The position numbers were made by a program, and so were the translations under genes. The notes under the pieces were generated by a model. The model made no database searches. It was not told the origin of the DNA and saw only the letters and a program-made list of their open reading frames with translations. A stretch of DNA of 64,000 bases from Patellaria atrata CBS 101060 (lineage: Eukaryota): positions 1 through 64,000 of the forward strand of contig MU006120.1 in the NCBI GenBank assembly GCA_010093705.1. The letters run 5' to 3'. Positions within the stretch are counted from its first letter, which is position 1. The number at the start of each line of letters is the position of its first letter. Below are positions 51,746 through 64,000 of this stretch, in pieces.

Positions 51746-54646
51746 ATGATAGTAAAATGGACATCATACGCAGGTCCAGTGCGACGGCAACTTTTCGTTC
51801 ACTCCGCCAGAAGGACTGGGAGAAGATTTCTTTCCTCAACTCCTCTAACGCGTAATTATACAAATGGCTCAACTTTGTCCAGAACGCGTAATATTGGAAT
51901 CATTGCTCACATCGATGCTGTAAGTCACACATGTATCGGCATGGTGTTGAGTCTAATAAATATCTGTAGGGTAAGACGACAACTACGGAGCGTATGCTCT
52001 ATTACAGCGGATACACGCGCCGAATAGGGGGTATATCATTCCTTTCCGTTGATTTCCAAACTTTCCTCAAAATTTTGGGCATCTTCCATTAAAAAGAATT
52101 GTCTACCCTAATTTCTCCTTTCCATCTAATCACTTTTCGTAGATGTAGATGATGGCTCTACCGTAACAGATTTCTTACCGGCCGAAAGAGCGCGCGGAAT
52201 CACCATTCAGTCAGCAGCAATCACATTCAACTGGCCTCCTGTTCAAGGAGAGAAAGGTTCTAAAGATATACCGAGCTCTTCACGGGCTCCAGGAACCCCT
52301 AGGTCGCAAACCCCCCATTTGGTCAATCTGATTGATACCCCTGGGCACGCAGATTTCACCTTTGAGGTTCTTCGCTCTCTCCGTATCCTAGACGGTGCCG
52401 TTTGTATTCTTGACGGCGTTGCTGGTGTCGAGGCACAAACCGAAAAGGTGTGGACCCAGGCTAACAACTACCGGATTCCGAAGATTATTTACGTCAATAA
52501 GCTCGACCGTGATGGTGCTGCTTTTGGCAGAACGGTAAAGGAGGTCGGCGTACGGTTGCATGGATGGCCTGCTTTGTGTCAGATTCCTTGGTGGAAGGAT
52601 GGGAAAGGGAAACTCATTGGAGTAGGCGATGTAGTAAACCTTCGAGCTCTTTCGTGGGAAGAGGGTGGTGATGGAAAAGTCATCAAGTCTCTCAACCTTA
52701 CGGACGTGGATGATGCTTTTGCGAAAGAGATCAAGAAGGCTCGAGTCGCACTCATAGAAATACTCAGCGAGCACGATGATGAAATGGTCGAGAAGTTTCT
52801 AGAGTACGATGAGGATCATTTGGCCATTCCGGGAAATGACTTGACAGAGTCACTGCGGAGATGCGTACTGCAGAACCCTCAGAGGATTATACCAGTCTTT
52901 ACGGGAGCTAGTTTTAGGAACCTAGGTGTCCAACCTTTGCTCGACGCCGTGCTCGATCTGTTACCCTCGCCGGAAGAACGTCCAGATCCTGAAATTTCCA
53001 TGGGGGTTACGCATAGTCGTCTTAATGAGTTACTCGCCGGAAGGCTTGCTCTCACGTCTTCTCCGCAAAGTTCAAAATCAGGAAAACAGAAGACTTCCCC
53101 CACAAAAACACAAAAGACTCTCCCAGTAGTAAGCAACCTTCAAGCCTGCGCACTAGCGTTCAAAGTCGTGAACGATCCTCGTCGAGGCGTTCTAGTCTAC
53201 GTTAGGGTCTACTCAGGCTCAATAGATCGGAATGCCGCTCTTTATAACACCAATTTGAGCATCACCGAAAGGGCCCCAAAACTATTGAGGATGTACGCAT
53301 CTGATGCGGTAGAAGTAGATTCCATTGCTGCCGGTCATATAGGCGTCATCGTTGGTCTAAAATACGCACGTACCGGAGATACTTTGATAGTCTACTCAGG
53401 GGCAAATCCAAAATCCGGTCCTCCAGCTCCTCTCAATACCCTACAACTGCGGCCGATCAGCGTACCTCCCCCCGTATTCTTCACCAGTGTAGAACCGAAC
53501 AGTCTTTCAGAAGAGAAACTTGTTTCCGATACGCTAGGGCTCTTGCTACGAGAGGATCCGAGTTTAAACGTGTCTATCGACTCTGAGAGTGGTCAGACAC
53601 ACCTAGCTGGAATGGGTGAACTGCATCTCGAAATCGCCCGCGACAGGCTAATCAATGACTTCAAGGCCAGAGCTACAACCGGCAAGATCGAAATCGGTTA
53701 CCGAGAAGCAATCCTCAGCTCCTCTCCCCAGATTACAGAAGACGTCAATCGCGAGGTCGCCGGCAAGCACTCCCGAGCTAGCTGTACCGTGTCCGTCTCT
53801 CCTCTTGACGGCACTGAACCCCGTGTTATCGAAGAGGACGATGACTCTACACACACCTCTCTTCAGGTTGAGTCCAATGACCTCATTATCCACCACCCCA
53901 CCTATACACGCTCAGGCCTTAAGCTCTCACCTGACTCCGCCAACCTCCCTGAGCACCTCCCCCTTCCCTCTATCGTCACGGCCCTTCGGACTGGCATCTC
54001 CGCCGCACTCTCTCGCGGGCCGACTCACGGCTTCAGCATGCACTCCACCCTCGTGGAAGTCCATCTTGATCCCGCACAGATCCACGCTGACTCCACGCCT
54101 GCAGCCATCTCCACCGCCGTCCGTCTCGCGACGCAAAAAGCCGTCAAGTCCGCTGCAGCGGAAAGAGGTACTGTACTCATGGAGCCAGTCATGCTCGTCG
54201 CCATCTCCGTCAACGAAGCAGACATTGGCGGTGTCGCGCACGACATTTCGGCCGCACGTGGTGGTCAAGTGCTTTCACTCGACGGCGAAATCTCTTCCCC
54301 CGTATCGCCCTCCGCGACCCTCACCACATCCACTTCCACTTTCCCCACTCTTCATACAGTCAAAGAGGACTTTCCCCCAATCGACCCACGGAAAATATAT
54401 ACCCCACCCGACCCCTTCGCCTCCACAGATGGCGGGGAGGACGACGACTTGATTGGAACAGGAAGCGCGCAGAGACGGATTGTGGCACGCGTACCGTTGC
54501 GGGAGATGGTTGGGTATCTAAAGCATTTAAGGAGTTTGACGGGCGGGAGGGGCACGTTCGTCATGTCTGTTGAAGGGTTTGAGAGGATGAGTGCGCAGAG
54601 ACAGAAGGCAGTACTGAAGGAACTGGGGGGTGGGGAAGGGTGGTGA
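51746..54646 (+). CDS. MEF2: Mitochondrial ribosome-releasing factor 2 (EF-G2mt), 3 exons
   Basis: Arg-rich presequence; [75 protein letters not shown]. Confidence 0.92.
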
Positions 54647-55269
54647 GAAAGGAGGAGTAAAAGTGGTTGGTAAAAGCTCAGGTAGAAGACAGAGGTCTGT
54701 ACTTGTACGATAATAAGTGTGTGACAATTGACGTTAGGAGAATTGTATTTTATGAAGTATATCAAAAACTAGAACTTCAGAAGGTAATGGATGTCAATGC
54801 GTAATTTTGATTCCGTTCACCTTAGTTATAAATTCTCATTTGACTAGAAGTATCCTAGAACAACGCCTTAATTAAAGATATATTTTGAGATGCATATCAC
54901 TCCATATACCGAGCTCCGTAAACACCAGATGGTTAGACCTGGCCTTATCAGTTAACATTTAGAACCTATGTTTAAGTAGTTGTAAAAGACAAAGTTCTAT
55001 GAAAGAGGAGTACCGCAATAAATTTAACTCAGTTGTACTTTGTACTGTACATCACCGATCAAGCCAGAGAGAAGAGATTAGTCATGACTTGAATGAAAGA
55101 ATGATAATACAAGGACACCACTATCTAAGGCAATATGTACAATTCTATCTAAAACGATCACCTTGCGTATCTTCTACTGTATTTGTACAGAAGTTGACTA
55201 TTTGAAGTCCAGATACTCTCGTGGGATGACAGCATATTGTAACCGATCGGTCCGAAGAGACTACTTTGT

Positions 55270-55810
55270 TTAATAACTGTAACGTCTACATCTCAGTCGC
55301 ATTCCCACTCGTCTGTAAGCCTGGGGACAGTCATATTTACGTATCTGTCGCGTTTCCACTCGTTTATAAGCCTGAGCACTGTCTACGTGATGTTTACGTA
55401 TTAGTCGCCTTTCCACTCGTCTGTAAGCCTGGGGACGGGCATGTTTACGTATTAGTCGCATTTTGACTCGTCTGCAAGCCTGGGTACTGTCTAGTGGAAA
55501 TCTACGTATCAGTCGCATTTCCACTGGTTTATAAGCCTGGGCACTATCTAGGGGACATTTACGTATCAGTCGCGGTTCTACTCGTCTGTAAGCCTGGGGA
55601 CAGTCATTTTTACGTATCAGTCGCATTTTCGCTCGTCTATAAGCCTGGGGACGGTCATATTTACGTATCAGTCGTAGTCTTACTCGTCTGTAAGCCGGGG
55701 GACGGTTATGTTTACGTATCACCAGCGTTTTCACTCGTCTGTAAGCCTGGGCACCATCCAGGGGATATTTACGTATCAGTCGCGATTCCACTCTTCTGTA
55801 AGCCTGGGGA
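55270..55810 (-). repeat. Coding tandem repeat, 10 units, mostly 51 or 57 nt (QAYRRVxxRLIRK core)
   Basis: Recurring DNA core ttacgtatcagtcgc...actcgtctgtaagcctggg on the + strand. Confidence 0.95.
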
Positions 55811-58800
55811 CTGTAACGTGTATGTATCGCAGGATCCCGGGTGATTTCAGCGTATTCATGAATGATACGTGACATCTCATCGGCCAACTTTCCAACGTCC
55901 CTCTCATGCTTCCCTCGAACGTCATCGCAAGCGCTAACCAACGCTTGAACATCCGTCCTCATCTCCTGGGTTGTTAATCCAGCTGCTTTCCAGGAGTTCG
56001 GGCCTTCGTTCTCGCTTGTCATAATTCCGGCCCTGATAGAGCGAAGCCAGACACTGAAGTTGTTACTGATTCGCATATTGTTGTCCAGGACGGTTTGAAC
56101 AATCCATCTAACTCCCTCATAGTTATAGATCCTCGCATATACTTTCATCCACGTGAGCATGAATTGTTGATTCGCCAGGATTTCTTCTTTGTATTGTGAT
56201 TCGTAGATACTTCTTAGTAAATTAACAGCCACATGTTTCGCATTGATATCATCTCGTAGAGAGAGTTTGTTAGCAACTGTGATTGCCATATAATGTTCTG
56301 GTTCGAGATTTAAATCCTGGGTTCGCCGATAGTAAGATCGGACTTCCTCGCATAGCTTGTCTGGCTCCATTTCTTGCACAAGGGCTCTTCTATACATGCG
56401 ATGTATTATCAAAGAACTTTTGACCTTGTCGATGTCCATTCCCGCTCTTTCCGCTATCTTGATCAGATATCGCGCTTCATGGAGATATCCCTCCTTCGAT
56501 CGAGTGCTAGCTTCTACTGCGGTTTCCAGCGCCCTTAGCTTGAGGCGCTTACCTGACAAGATCGAATCACGGAAGATGTTTACTGCTTCCCTCAGCATAT
56601 TCTGCGAAAAAGCAGTCATAACAGCCGTGGTTCTTCTTGATCCTACAGGCTGAGATGCACCAGCAGTTGACATCCTACGTATGTGCGAGATGAAGGAGTT
56701 CCATTCGCAGATCAATGACAGCACCAGCTTGCAACCGTGTCGACCAGAGATACCTGCGCGAAGATGGTATCCCAGGGAATGTTGTGCAGAAATGAGCAAT
56801 TTCGTCGAAATAAAAGTAGGAGAGAGCTCGTATAACAACAAAAGAAAACTCGCGATGACATAGTGATCCGGTTTGTGAGACAATGAATACTGCGTGAACA
56901 TGTTGGAAATGCTGTAATTGTTGAATTTCAATTGCGGATCCTCCCATCTCCAGAACTCGAGCCACTCTGCAAGACCACTCATATCACTGTCCCTCACGTG
57001 CGCTTTTATGATGCGATCGAATGCGGCCTGACTGAGTACTAGGCCATGCTTACGTCTAAGCATGAGGACAAAGGCTCGAAGGGCCGTAGAATCGTGTGTT
57101 TCCCCGTACTTGGATAGTATGACATGGGACGCAGGCCGACCATCCTCCAAAGGAACATTGAGGAGACCCCGACACTCATCTTTGCTAAGCATCGAGTCTA
57201 CTGTTCCCAAGCCATGTTCAAGAGCTTTAATCACCAAGAATGCCGCTTTCGCGCTTTGGGTAGCCGTAGTTGCGGCATCTATCGGAAAGGAAGAGGATGC
57301 GGAAGTTTGCTGAAATATACTGCTGATATCTTCCGAGTACTCGTGGAGGCCAGGATTCTGTTCGTAAATCCTCAAAATCGCATTTCGACTGACCTCTCCA
57401 TCGGTCAAGGAATACAGCTTTACAAGATTTGCGAGGCAATGTAGGTGAGATGTGCTGTCAACTTTGGACCAGGCCGCAAGAGCTTCAGCAACAGTCAGCT
57501 TGCGTATTTTCAAGGCCACATCTGATAGATGTCGTGCGAATTCGAGGACGGATGCATCAGTCTCGCACGAGCTTCGAAATTGGATGGCAGGAAGGAAAAG
57601 TTTGAATGATCTAATTAGTCCTTTGGAGTTTAGGTATTTCTTAGACCGTAACAACACTTGCTGAGTCCAGTCTTTATCAGATATGCCGCTCGAAAGTTCT
57701 TGAAACAAACCTGTCAGATGAAGCTCCCTGCGAACTGCTACCCCAAGATCAACAGCGTCAAGCAGCACATCAACTCTAAGATGATGCATGCAATTGCTGA
57801 TACTGTGGAACAACGGCTTGAGATAAGCCGTAACCTGGACTCCTGGGTGGAAAGTCCTCGCGGTGAGCCAGTCAAAAACGGATCTCACTGAATCAGTCAA
57901 ACGACGGAGAGCTGCAATGGTAATCAGTGTAGTGGCAATTGGATGCAGCAGATGTGTCGCCAGGTCGCGCCGTTCTGTTGTTCGGATGAAAAATGCTATC
58001 ACATTTTGGATATCTTCATGCGCAAATATACTCTGTAAAGTGCTTAACTCAAAGGTATTGAGCTCAAAGGTAGTAAAAGAGATTGAGTTCGGAGCCCGGT
58101 CCCGGCTTCGGACAGATCTGATAGATGGTGATAGGGGAGCCGTAGTATCAGAATTGCATTCTAAACCATCTTGACGATACCATGAGTGAAATATCCAATG
58201 TGCAGTTTCCATCTGGCCCTTCTGTAGGTTGCGTATGATCTCTAGCAATATTCTCTCCGTATTGTTTCGTTCAGTATGTAAATCTCTTCTATCCATCTTC
58301 GAGGTGTGAATATCTACCAGCGATTCAGTATGAACATGCCGTAGGTCGTTATTTATAACATGGGATTCTGTAGGTATATCGAGAGCGGTCTGGTCCACGC
58401 TTAGGGTGCTTGGTTGAGTTGAATCAGATGCTTCGGAGGATATAGGGAAGGACCCGACACAGGAGAGTAGTTTAGACGTGATACGTTGGTGTGTTAGACG
58501 GTGTCTTCGTCCGAGAGAGTGCGGGTCATCGGGCAACGGGTTTGGCAATATTTTGACCTCTTGAGGTTCCTGCTGCAGCTTTCTCTCAGTGACTGGTTGG
58601 ACTAACGCCGCGTCGGTCTGCTTAGTCCCTTTGTTCTCGACAAGTTGGTCTACGGGGCGCCTGGATGCTGACGTATGAGTTGTGTTCGTAAAGATTGATG
58701 GCTCCTGATGATTGTGGTCTTTCTTCATCTCCCGTGAAGGCCTTGATTGTGCCGAGGGTAGTGCCGTCGATTGTTCCCTCCTTTTCATCCTCTCAATCTT

Positions 58801-59157
58801 CCGATATTCTCTATCTATCGAGCTCATACTCAGAGGATGGTTGGTTGCAGGGGCAAGGCTTTTTATATACGCCAACTCTTCGGGGAGATCTACAGTTAAC
58901 TTTGCATACTCATATTTATCCAATTCCTTCTGTGGTGCCAGAGCGGCAGCGGCGTGTATCCGCCTTAAATAGTGCTTGAATGCGTTCAGCTTCTTCCCAT
59001 TGTCGACGTTCTTTTGCAGTAAGCATATCTGCCGTCGTTGCTCGATTGTAAGTGCAACTGCACCGGCAGCTACAGCGCCGAAAGATGCGTATAAAAGGGC
59101 GTTACGGAGATATTGCAATGCGCCCTTAGATGGAGCGATCGTCGGTGGTTTGGGCAT
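55270..59157 (-). CDS. Large helical, probably mitochondrial PPR-like protein with a basic C-terminal tandem repeat
   Basis: Uninterrupted ~1300-codon ORF; N-terminus PSKGALQYLR...TM...EQRRQI resembles fungal PPR-type proteins (recalled, not searched). Confidence 0.65.
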   Translation of the reverse strand: MPKPPTIAPSKGALQYLRNALLYASFGAVAAGAVALTIEQRRQICLLQKNVDNGKKLNAFKHYLRRIHAAAALAPQKELDKYEYAKLTVDLPEELAYIKSLAPATNHPLSMSSIDREYRKIERMKRREQSTALPSAQSRPSREMKKDHNHQEPSIFTNTTHTSASRRPVDQLVENKGTKQTDAALVQPVTERKLQQEPQEVKILPNPLPDDPHSLGRRHRLTHQRITSKLLSCVGSFPISSEASDSTQPSTLSVDQTALDIPTESHVINNDLRHVHTESLVDIHTSKMDRRDLHTERNNTERILLEIIRNLQKGQMETAHWIFHSWYRQDGLECNSDTTAPLSPSIRSVRSRDRAPNSISFTTFELNTFELSTLQSIFAHEDIQNVIAFFIRTTERRDLATHLLHPIATTLITIAALRRLTDSVRSVFDWLTARTFHPGVQVTAYLKPLFHSISNCMHHLRVDVLLDAVDLGVAVRRELHLTGLFQELSSGISDKDWTQQVLLRSKKYLNSKGLIRSFKLFLPAIQFRSSCETDASVLEFARHLSDVALKIRKLTVAEALAAWSKVDSTSHLHCLANLVKLYSLTDGEVSRNAILRIYEQNPGLHEYSEDISSIFQQTSASSSFPIDAATTATQSAKAAFLVIKALEHGLGTVDSMLSKDECRGLLNVPLEDGRPASHVILSKYGETHDSTALRAFVLMLRRKHGLVLSQAAFDRIIKAHVRDSDMSGLAEWLEFWRWEDPQLKFNNYSISNMFTQYSLSHKPDHYVIASFLLLLYELSPTFISTKLLISAQHSLGYHLRAGISGRHGCKLVLSLICEWNSFISHIRRMSTAGASQPVGSRRTTAVMTAFSQNMLREAVNIFRDSILSGKRLKLRALETAVEASTRSKEGYLHEARYLIKIAERAGMDIDKVKSSLIIHRMYRRALVQEMEPDKLCEEVRSYYRRTQDLNLEPEHYMAITVANKLSLRDDINAKHVAVNLLRSIYESQYKEEILANQQFMLTWMKVYARIYNYEGVRWIVQTVLDNNMRISNNFSVWLRSIRAGIMTSENEGPNSWKAAGLTTQEMRTDVQALVSACDDVRGKHERDVGKLADEMSRIIHEYAEITRDPAIHTRYSPQAYRRVESRLIRKYPLDGAQAYRRVKTLVIRKHNRPPAYRRVRLRLIRKYDRPQAYRRAKMRLIRKNDCPQAYRRVEPRLIRKCPLDSAQAYKPVEMRLIRRFPLDSTQACRRVKMRLIRKHARPQAYRRVERRLIRKHHVDSAQAYKRVETRQIRKYDCPQAYRRVGMRLRCRRYSY

Positions 59158-59841
59158 AATCGAGAGAGCGATCGCATCATTGCTCAAATCGTTCCATTAA
59201 AGAGCTCATATTTGTATCGAAAATGTGGGAGGTAGCATTGAATATGAGTCGAGAAGTCCACGAATTGCTGTGTGATCTAATGGAATGAGACGACCTGAGG
59301 AGGTCAGAACTCAGGAGGAAGCCCTTGCGCTCGGTCCAAACCCCCATAAACCTCCCGTCCCCAAAAATCCTCAAATCATGAACGATATGTGAAGCTGGGA
59401 GATGAAATGACAGAAATTGTGATAATACGTGACACATTTGCTGTGCATTATACTCCTTCCGTTTGTCTATTCCATTCAATTCCTCCTGTGTGCCTTGCTA
59501 CCTCGCATCCGGCCTTTGCGCCTGTTGTCGTTACAGTATCTAATTCCTGATATACACAGCCACAAGATATCTCAATGATTTTCTACATTCATTTCTAAAG
59601 AGTCCTAAAACGGGTCATTCCGACATAAACGCAAAGTATCTGCCTAAAGCTTCATGGACGGCGAATAAGGCTATGCCCTTACACGGCGACACAGCCATTG
59701 TGATAGAAACATAAGAGACGCCAACATGCTTGCTTGAGTTTCATGAGGATACAAAATACTCCGACGCAACACGCTGCGATAAATCAGCCGACTCTCTGTA
59801 CCTCGAGCAGCTGCTTTTCTTCTCACAAGAGATCAATCAAC

Positions 59842-60522
59842 ATGGACATTATCACCGGGACGGAGAAAGAGGAAGGGAAGTCCTCGGAGTTGAAAAGGGG
59901 AGAATCTCAAGCTACAAGCTCCTCTGAGACCAAAACAACGGAGGGAAAACAGAAATGGCAACCGTTCCCTCTTGAGGGCAGCAGCAAGCCTGAACCTCAG
60001 TTCGGAAGCGGTCTCTGGTCGGCTGTGGCATTCAACAACGTCGGCTTAGCTGGGTGGTGCAATCCGATCGTTTTCAAGGGGATAGAATACGTAGGTTCCA
60101 ACTTCACCCGTTCCTTTCCTAAGTTATATTGCACCTGCTGGAGAATTCTCGGCAATCCAAGGTCGTTTGTGAACTGACGGATCACAGTGGCTGCCAGAGC
60201 ATATTCCAAAATATTGCCGGGCGTATTACCGAGAATCGGAGAGAACGGGAGATGGCGAGCCTGCTATCGGGGTGCCAAAGTATTATCATATCGTGGTCGG
60301 GGACCAAGTATTGGCAGACGGCGCATGGTGCTATCCTAATCCAAACGAAGGATTCGAGAAACTCAAAGACTGCATGGCATTCCGTAAGTATATCGATTCT
60401 ACCGAGAGTTCTATCATAAGGTTAAATCTTCATTCTTAGGTGTCAAGTATATTGGGGATCTGTACAAAGCCGAGAGACAGGTTCATGATGGGGTGACCGT
60501 TCACCAGGACTGGTTCGGTTGA
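59842..60522 (+). CDS. DUF427 (NTP_transf_9)-like protein, divergent; 3 exons
   Basis: Introns 60091-60187 and 60384-60439 give LAGWCNPIVFKGIEYWLPEHIP...IGVPKYYHIVVGDQVLADGAWCYPNPNEGFEKLKDCMAF. Confidence 0.7.
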
Positions 60523-62621
60523 TGATCTGGATGCTTCTTACGAGTAGCTCGACATATGAATGACGTATAATCCGAATGTATTGAGACAATCCGGTGTACA
60601 TACCATATATATATTGCTACTTTGCCAAAACGTGTGCGATAAGAGTATGAAATAGTATGACTGTCTCCGAAGAGGGTGGACTTCTCTAGATATTGCATTC
60701 TTACTTCCAGCCACTTCTTTTATCCTGAATCTCCATGCAGACTTTTTTTTCGTCCGTACGTAGGTAATAATAATGCTGACTGTTTGGTCTATGACGAAAG
60801 GAGACCTTAGTGTACTGCTACATGCGACAACTGGAAGAATGAACAGAATGTCTCCGCAGCTACACGTAAAGATATAAATAAAATATTGTCATTAAATCCA
60901 TCTTCTTGCTTTCTATAAGTTTAACTCTCGTGTGAGTTGGAGTTATCGGTGGAGAGAGTTAGCGTATGAAGATAAAGCTGGGACTGTTGACGAGTTGCAA
61001 AAGGTGACGGCTGAAATGGAGGTTCTCACTAGTTCTATACAGAGTACCTAGCTAGACTCTTCCTTTACGTAAAGTTTAAAACTCTCAAAGAGAAGCTCTG
61101 ACTGAGATAAAGTCGGACAAAATTGATGGGAGAATGAGATGACTAAAAGAAGGAATTTGTTGCTTAGGTTAGGGTGTATTGTACTCCGTACTCCCCGTAA
61201 GGTACAGGACAATACAGCCGACCTCAGGGCAGTAAGGTACCTTTATTAGATTTTCAGTACTGTATGAAATAGACCCGAAACTAAATTAATGATGCTAAAG
61301 AATGAGTGCAATACGACAGAGTTATTAAATATTGAGGAAGAATAAATCTGGGTCAGAAGATGGCGTATGAATCCCTCCTTTGGGTGAGACTAGCTCAATG
61401 AAAAGCACAATAGCAGGATTTATATGAGATATACCTAGTGCAGAGTAAGTAAAATCGAAAGTAAGGTAAGATAATGAGCAACTGAAGTAAAAGGTTATAG
61501 AGAGTCGTAGGACAAAAGCTAGATAACTAGTGAAGGAGAGAGGACTTTTTTTTATAGATAGCTTTACAGTACCCATCGCACCTCGATACCGTCACCTCAA
61601 AAAACCTCCTGCCTGATCGAACCCCCCCCTCCTCCCCTCTCCCCCTCCCCGGCCACCCCCCCCGCGCCTAAGGTAGGTACTGTACTGTAGTTCTTACGTT
61701 AGATACCGATACTGTACTGTACTGTCCCCTCAGCTGTACTGTACCCAGCCTTACAAATCTTCTCTCTTCAGGTCCCTCCCCCGAGAATCTTATTATAACC
61801 TTTTGTATACTTCTCTCCTTCCTCAAGCAACTTCCACCTACATCTCTCCACATCCTAAAAAGATTTCTGTAATCATTGTCCTTTTATCTGCTGTAAGGTA
61901 GTCAGTCCATCCTCACAACTCGAATCCCACGATTGAGGATCTGACCAAAACACCCCACCAAAGAGCCCACCTCCCAGGCTCCCAGCACCAGCAATCGGTA
62001 CCTTTTTATTATCTATCCCTTACGTCTCGTATCGCATTCCGCTTACCCACAAGTCCAATATAATCCTTTTGACTGCATTCCTGCATACAGTACTTCTATC
62101 GCATACTCTATCCAACCATTCATCGAGCTGCTTCCGCTACACGCCGAGGCGGCAGAGACCTTTCCTTTCGACCTCTTCTTCTCTTCCAACTTCCAACTGC
62201 TTTTTCTGTTTTGTATCCCATCCAACATCAATCACATCGGACTGGGGGAGCTTTAGCGATTGGCCAACCAGCCCTTGTCTAACACATTGTTATTCGCCCA
62301 ACATCCAACTTATCCCCCTCCTACTACTTTTGTAGTAATACGTTTCTTGGTCTCCAATCGCCAGCGTCATTGCGCCCCCTCCTTCAGTACCTTGACCATC
62401 TATACGAACAGAGAGAGGGAGACGGGAGAGATAGAGAGACATATACAACAGGAAACGAAATCGCGCGCGCCTGCAATCCACAAGCAGTCTGTTCCCATTT
62501 TGTGTAAAGATCGACGGATCCGCCTTGCAGCCGTTCCCAACCCAAAGGTCAGACAGCCCCCAATCCGTGACAGGGTCGATTTCAATCTCCCTGGAATTGA
62601 GATTCTCTACTTCTCGCTTCT

Positions 62622-64000
62622 ATGCCGACACTCGGATTCCTCAAGAAGAAGCGGACGAAGGACTCGTCTGGTTCCAAAGATCTTGACTCTCCTACGTCGC
62701 CCATCAAAGAAACACTGTCACCCATCACTCCAACTATCTCCAAGACATCTGACCCTCTATCCGGAACCACCAAAGCCGGCACTTCCTCCTCTTCCACCGA
62801 ATCGACAAATACCCAGGACTCTTCATCCACCGCCAAGACCTCCGACCCTATGACATACCAGCAGTCTTATCCAGCTCAAGTCCAGCAACGACCGGCGGAG
62901 CCTTATCAGCAGTCGCAGCAAAATGTACCGAGCATACGGAACCTCATTCACCACTCCAATACGACCAATGCATCATCTGCGCATGCTGATAGCACCCAGA
63001 GTTCGAATGGAGGAGCAGTCACGCCAGGTAGTGGAACCGCTCAGCCGCAGTTAAGAGTAACCAAGGGGAAATACTCTCTGGGGGACTTTCAGGTACAGCG
63101 GACCCTGGGAACTGGTAGTTTTGGTCGCGTTCATCTCGTCCAATCGAAACACAATCAACGGTACTATGCCGTAAAAGTGTTGAAGAAAGCTCAGGTGGTC
63201 AAGATGAAGCAAGTAGAGCACACGAATGACGAGCGAAGAATGCTGCAAAAGGTCAAGCATCCTTTCTTGATAACACTGTGGGGTACATTTCAAGACTCGA
63301 AGAACCTTTACATGGTCATGGATTTTGTTGAAGGTGGTGAGCTTTTTAGCTTGCTGAGAAAATCACAGGTATGCCCTGCATCTACATTTCGCAAAGTCGC
63401 CGCTGACAATGAACGATGTAGCGTTTCCCGAACCCCGTCGCGAAGTTCTACGCAGCAGAGGTCACCTTGGCTCTCGATTACTTACATTCGTTGAATATAA
63501 TTTATCGTGATTTGAAGCCTGAGAACTTACTGCTGGACCGACATGGTCATCTCAAGATTACGGATTTTGGATTCGCGAAAGAAGTGCCAGATATCACTTG
63601 GACATTGTGTGGAACACCAGACTATCTCGCGCCAGAAGTAGTTGCATCAAAAGGTTACAACAAGTCTGTGGATTGGTTAGTATACCTCTCCTAACTTTGA
63701 GAAGACCTATCTAACGTGAATTCTCAGGTGGTCTCTTGGTATCTTAATATTCGAGATGCTCTGCGGATTCACTCCCTTCTGGGATGGCGGCTCTCCAATG
63801 AAGATTTACGAGAACATCCTCAAAGGTCGCGTCAAGTATCCGCCGTATATCCATCCAGACGCGCAGGATCTACTGCAAAAATTGATCACAGCCGACATGA
63901 CCAAAAGACTTGGGAACCTTCACGGTGGTAGTAAAGATGTCATGACCCATCCATGGTTCGCGGAAGTGACGTGGGATAGATTGAGCAAGAAAGATATCGA
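62622..64000 (+). CDS. PKAC1: cAMP-dependent protein kinase catalytic subunit (3' end beyond the window)
   Basis: [65 protein letters not shown]. Confidence 0.96.

Noticed and set aside
53655..54452. 265-aa overlapping Pro/Ser-rich ORF
   Set aside because: Off-frame product of C-rich codon usage within MEF2
55270..55810. CRISPR-like array
   Set aside because: Eukaryotic context, degenerate in-frame units, no unique spacers and no cas genes
62260..62853. 197-aa ORF overlapping the PKA start
   Set aside because: TTG start, no motifs, low-complexity leader sequence
1..64000. tRNA or rRNA genes
   Set aside because: None recognised by eye; tRNAscan-SE/Infernal would be needed to exclude them

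Overview
Filamentous ascomycete (Pezizomycotina) nuclear DNA with GT-AG introns. 1-7.7 kb: four 3' fragments of a Tad1-like LINE in two head-to-head pairs (one spans a 100-N gap), bracketing an intact HET/NB-ARC/TPR NLR gene. 8-21 kb: secreted beta-propeller gene divergent from a bZIP factor, a CorA-like gene, a P450 with one premature stop, a cyclase and a DUF4336 gene. RRP45/CWC15 and a hydrophilin follow. 26.6-36 kb is an accessory island: Cys-rich secreted protein, membrane protein, HET-6-like gene, a head-to-head pair of spliced Tse2-family ADP-ribosyltransferase-like genes (only their first exons appear in the ORF track), a VOC gene and a pseudogene. The rest holds fasciclin, GH3 beta-glucosidase with a CBM1-like domain, UBP12 (candidate ACG start), VPS17/MEF2, a PPR-like gene with a basic tandem-repeat tail, a DUF427 gene and a truncated PKA catalytic subunit. 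All family calls are from motif recognition and hand splicing; no searches were run.
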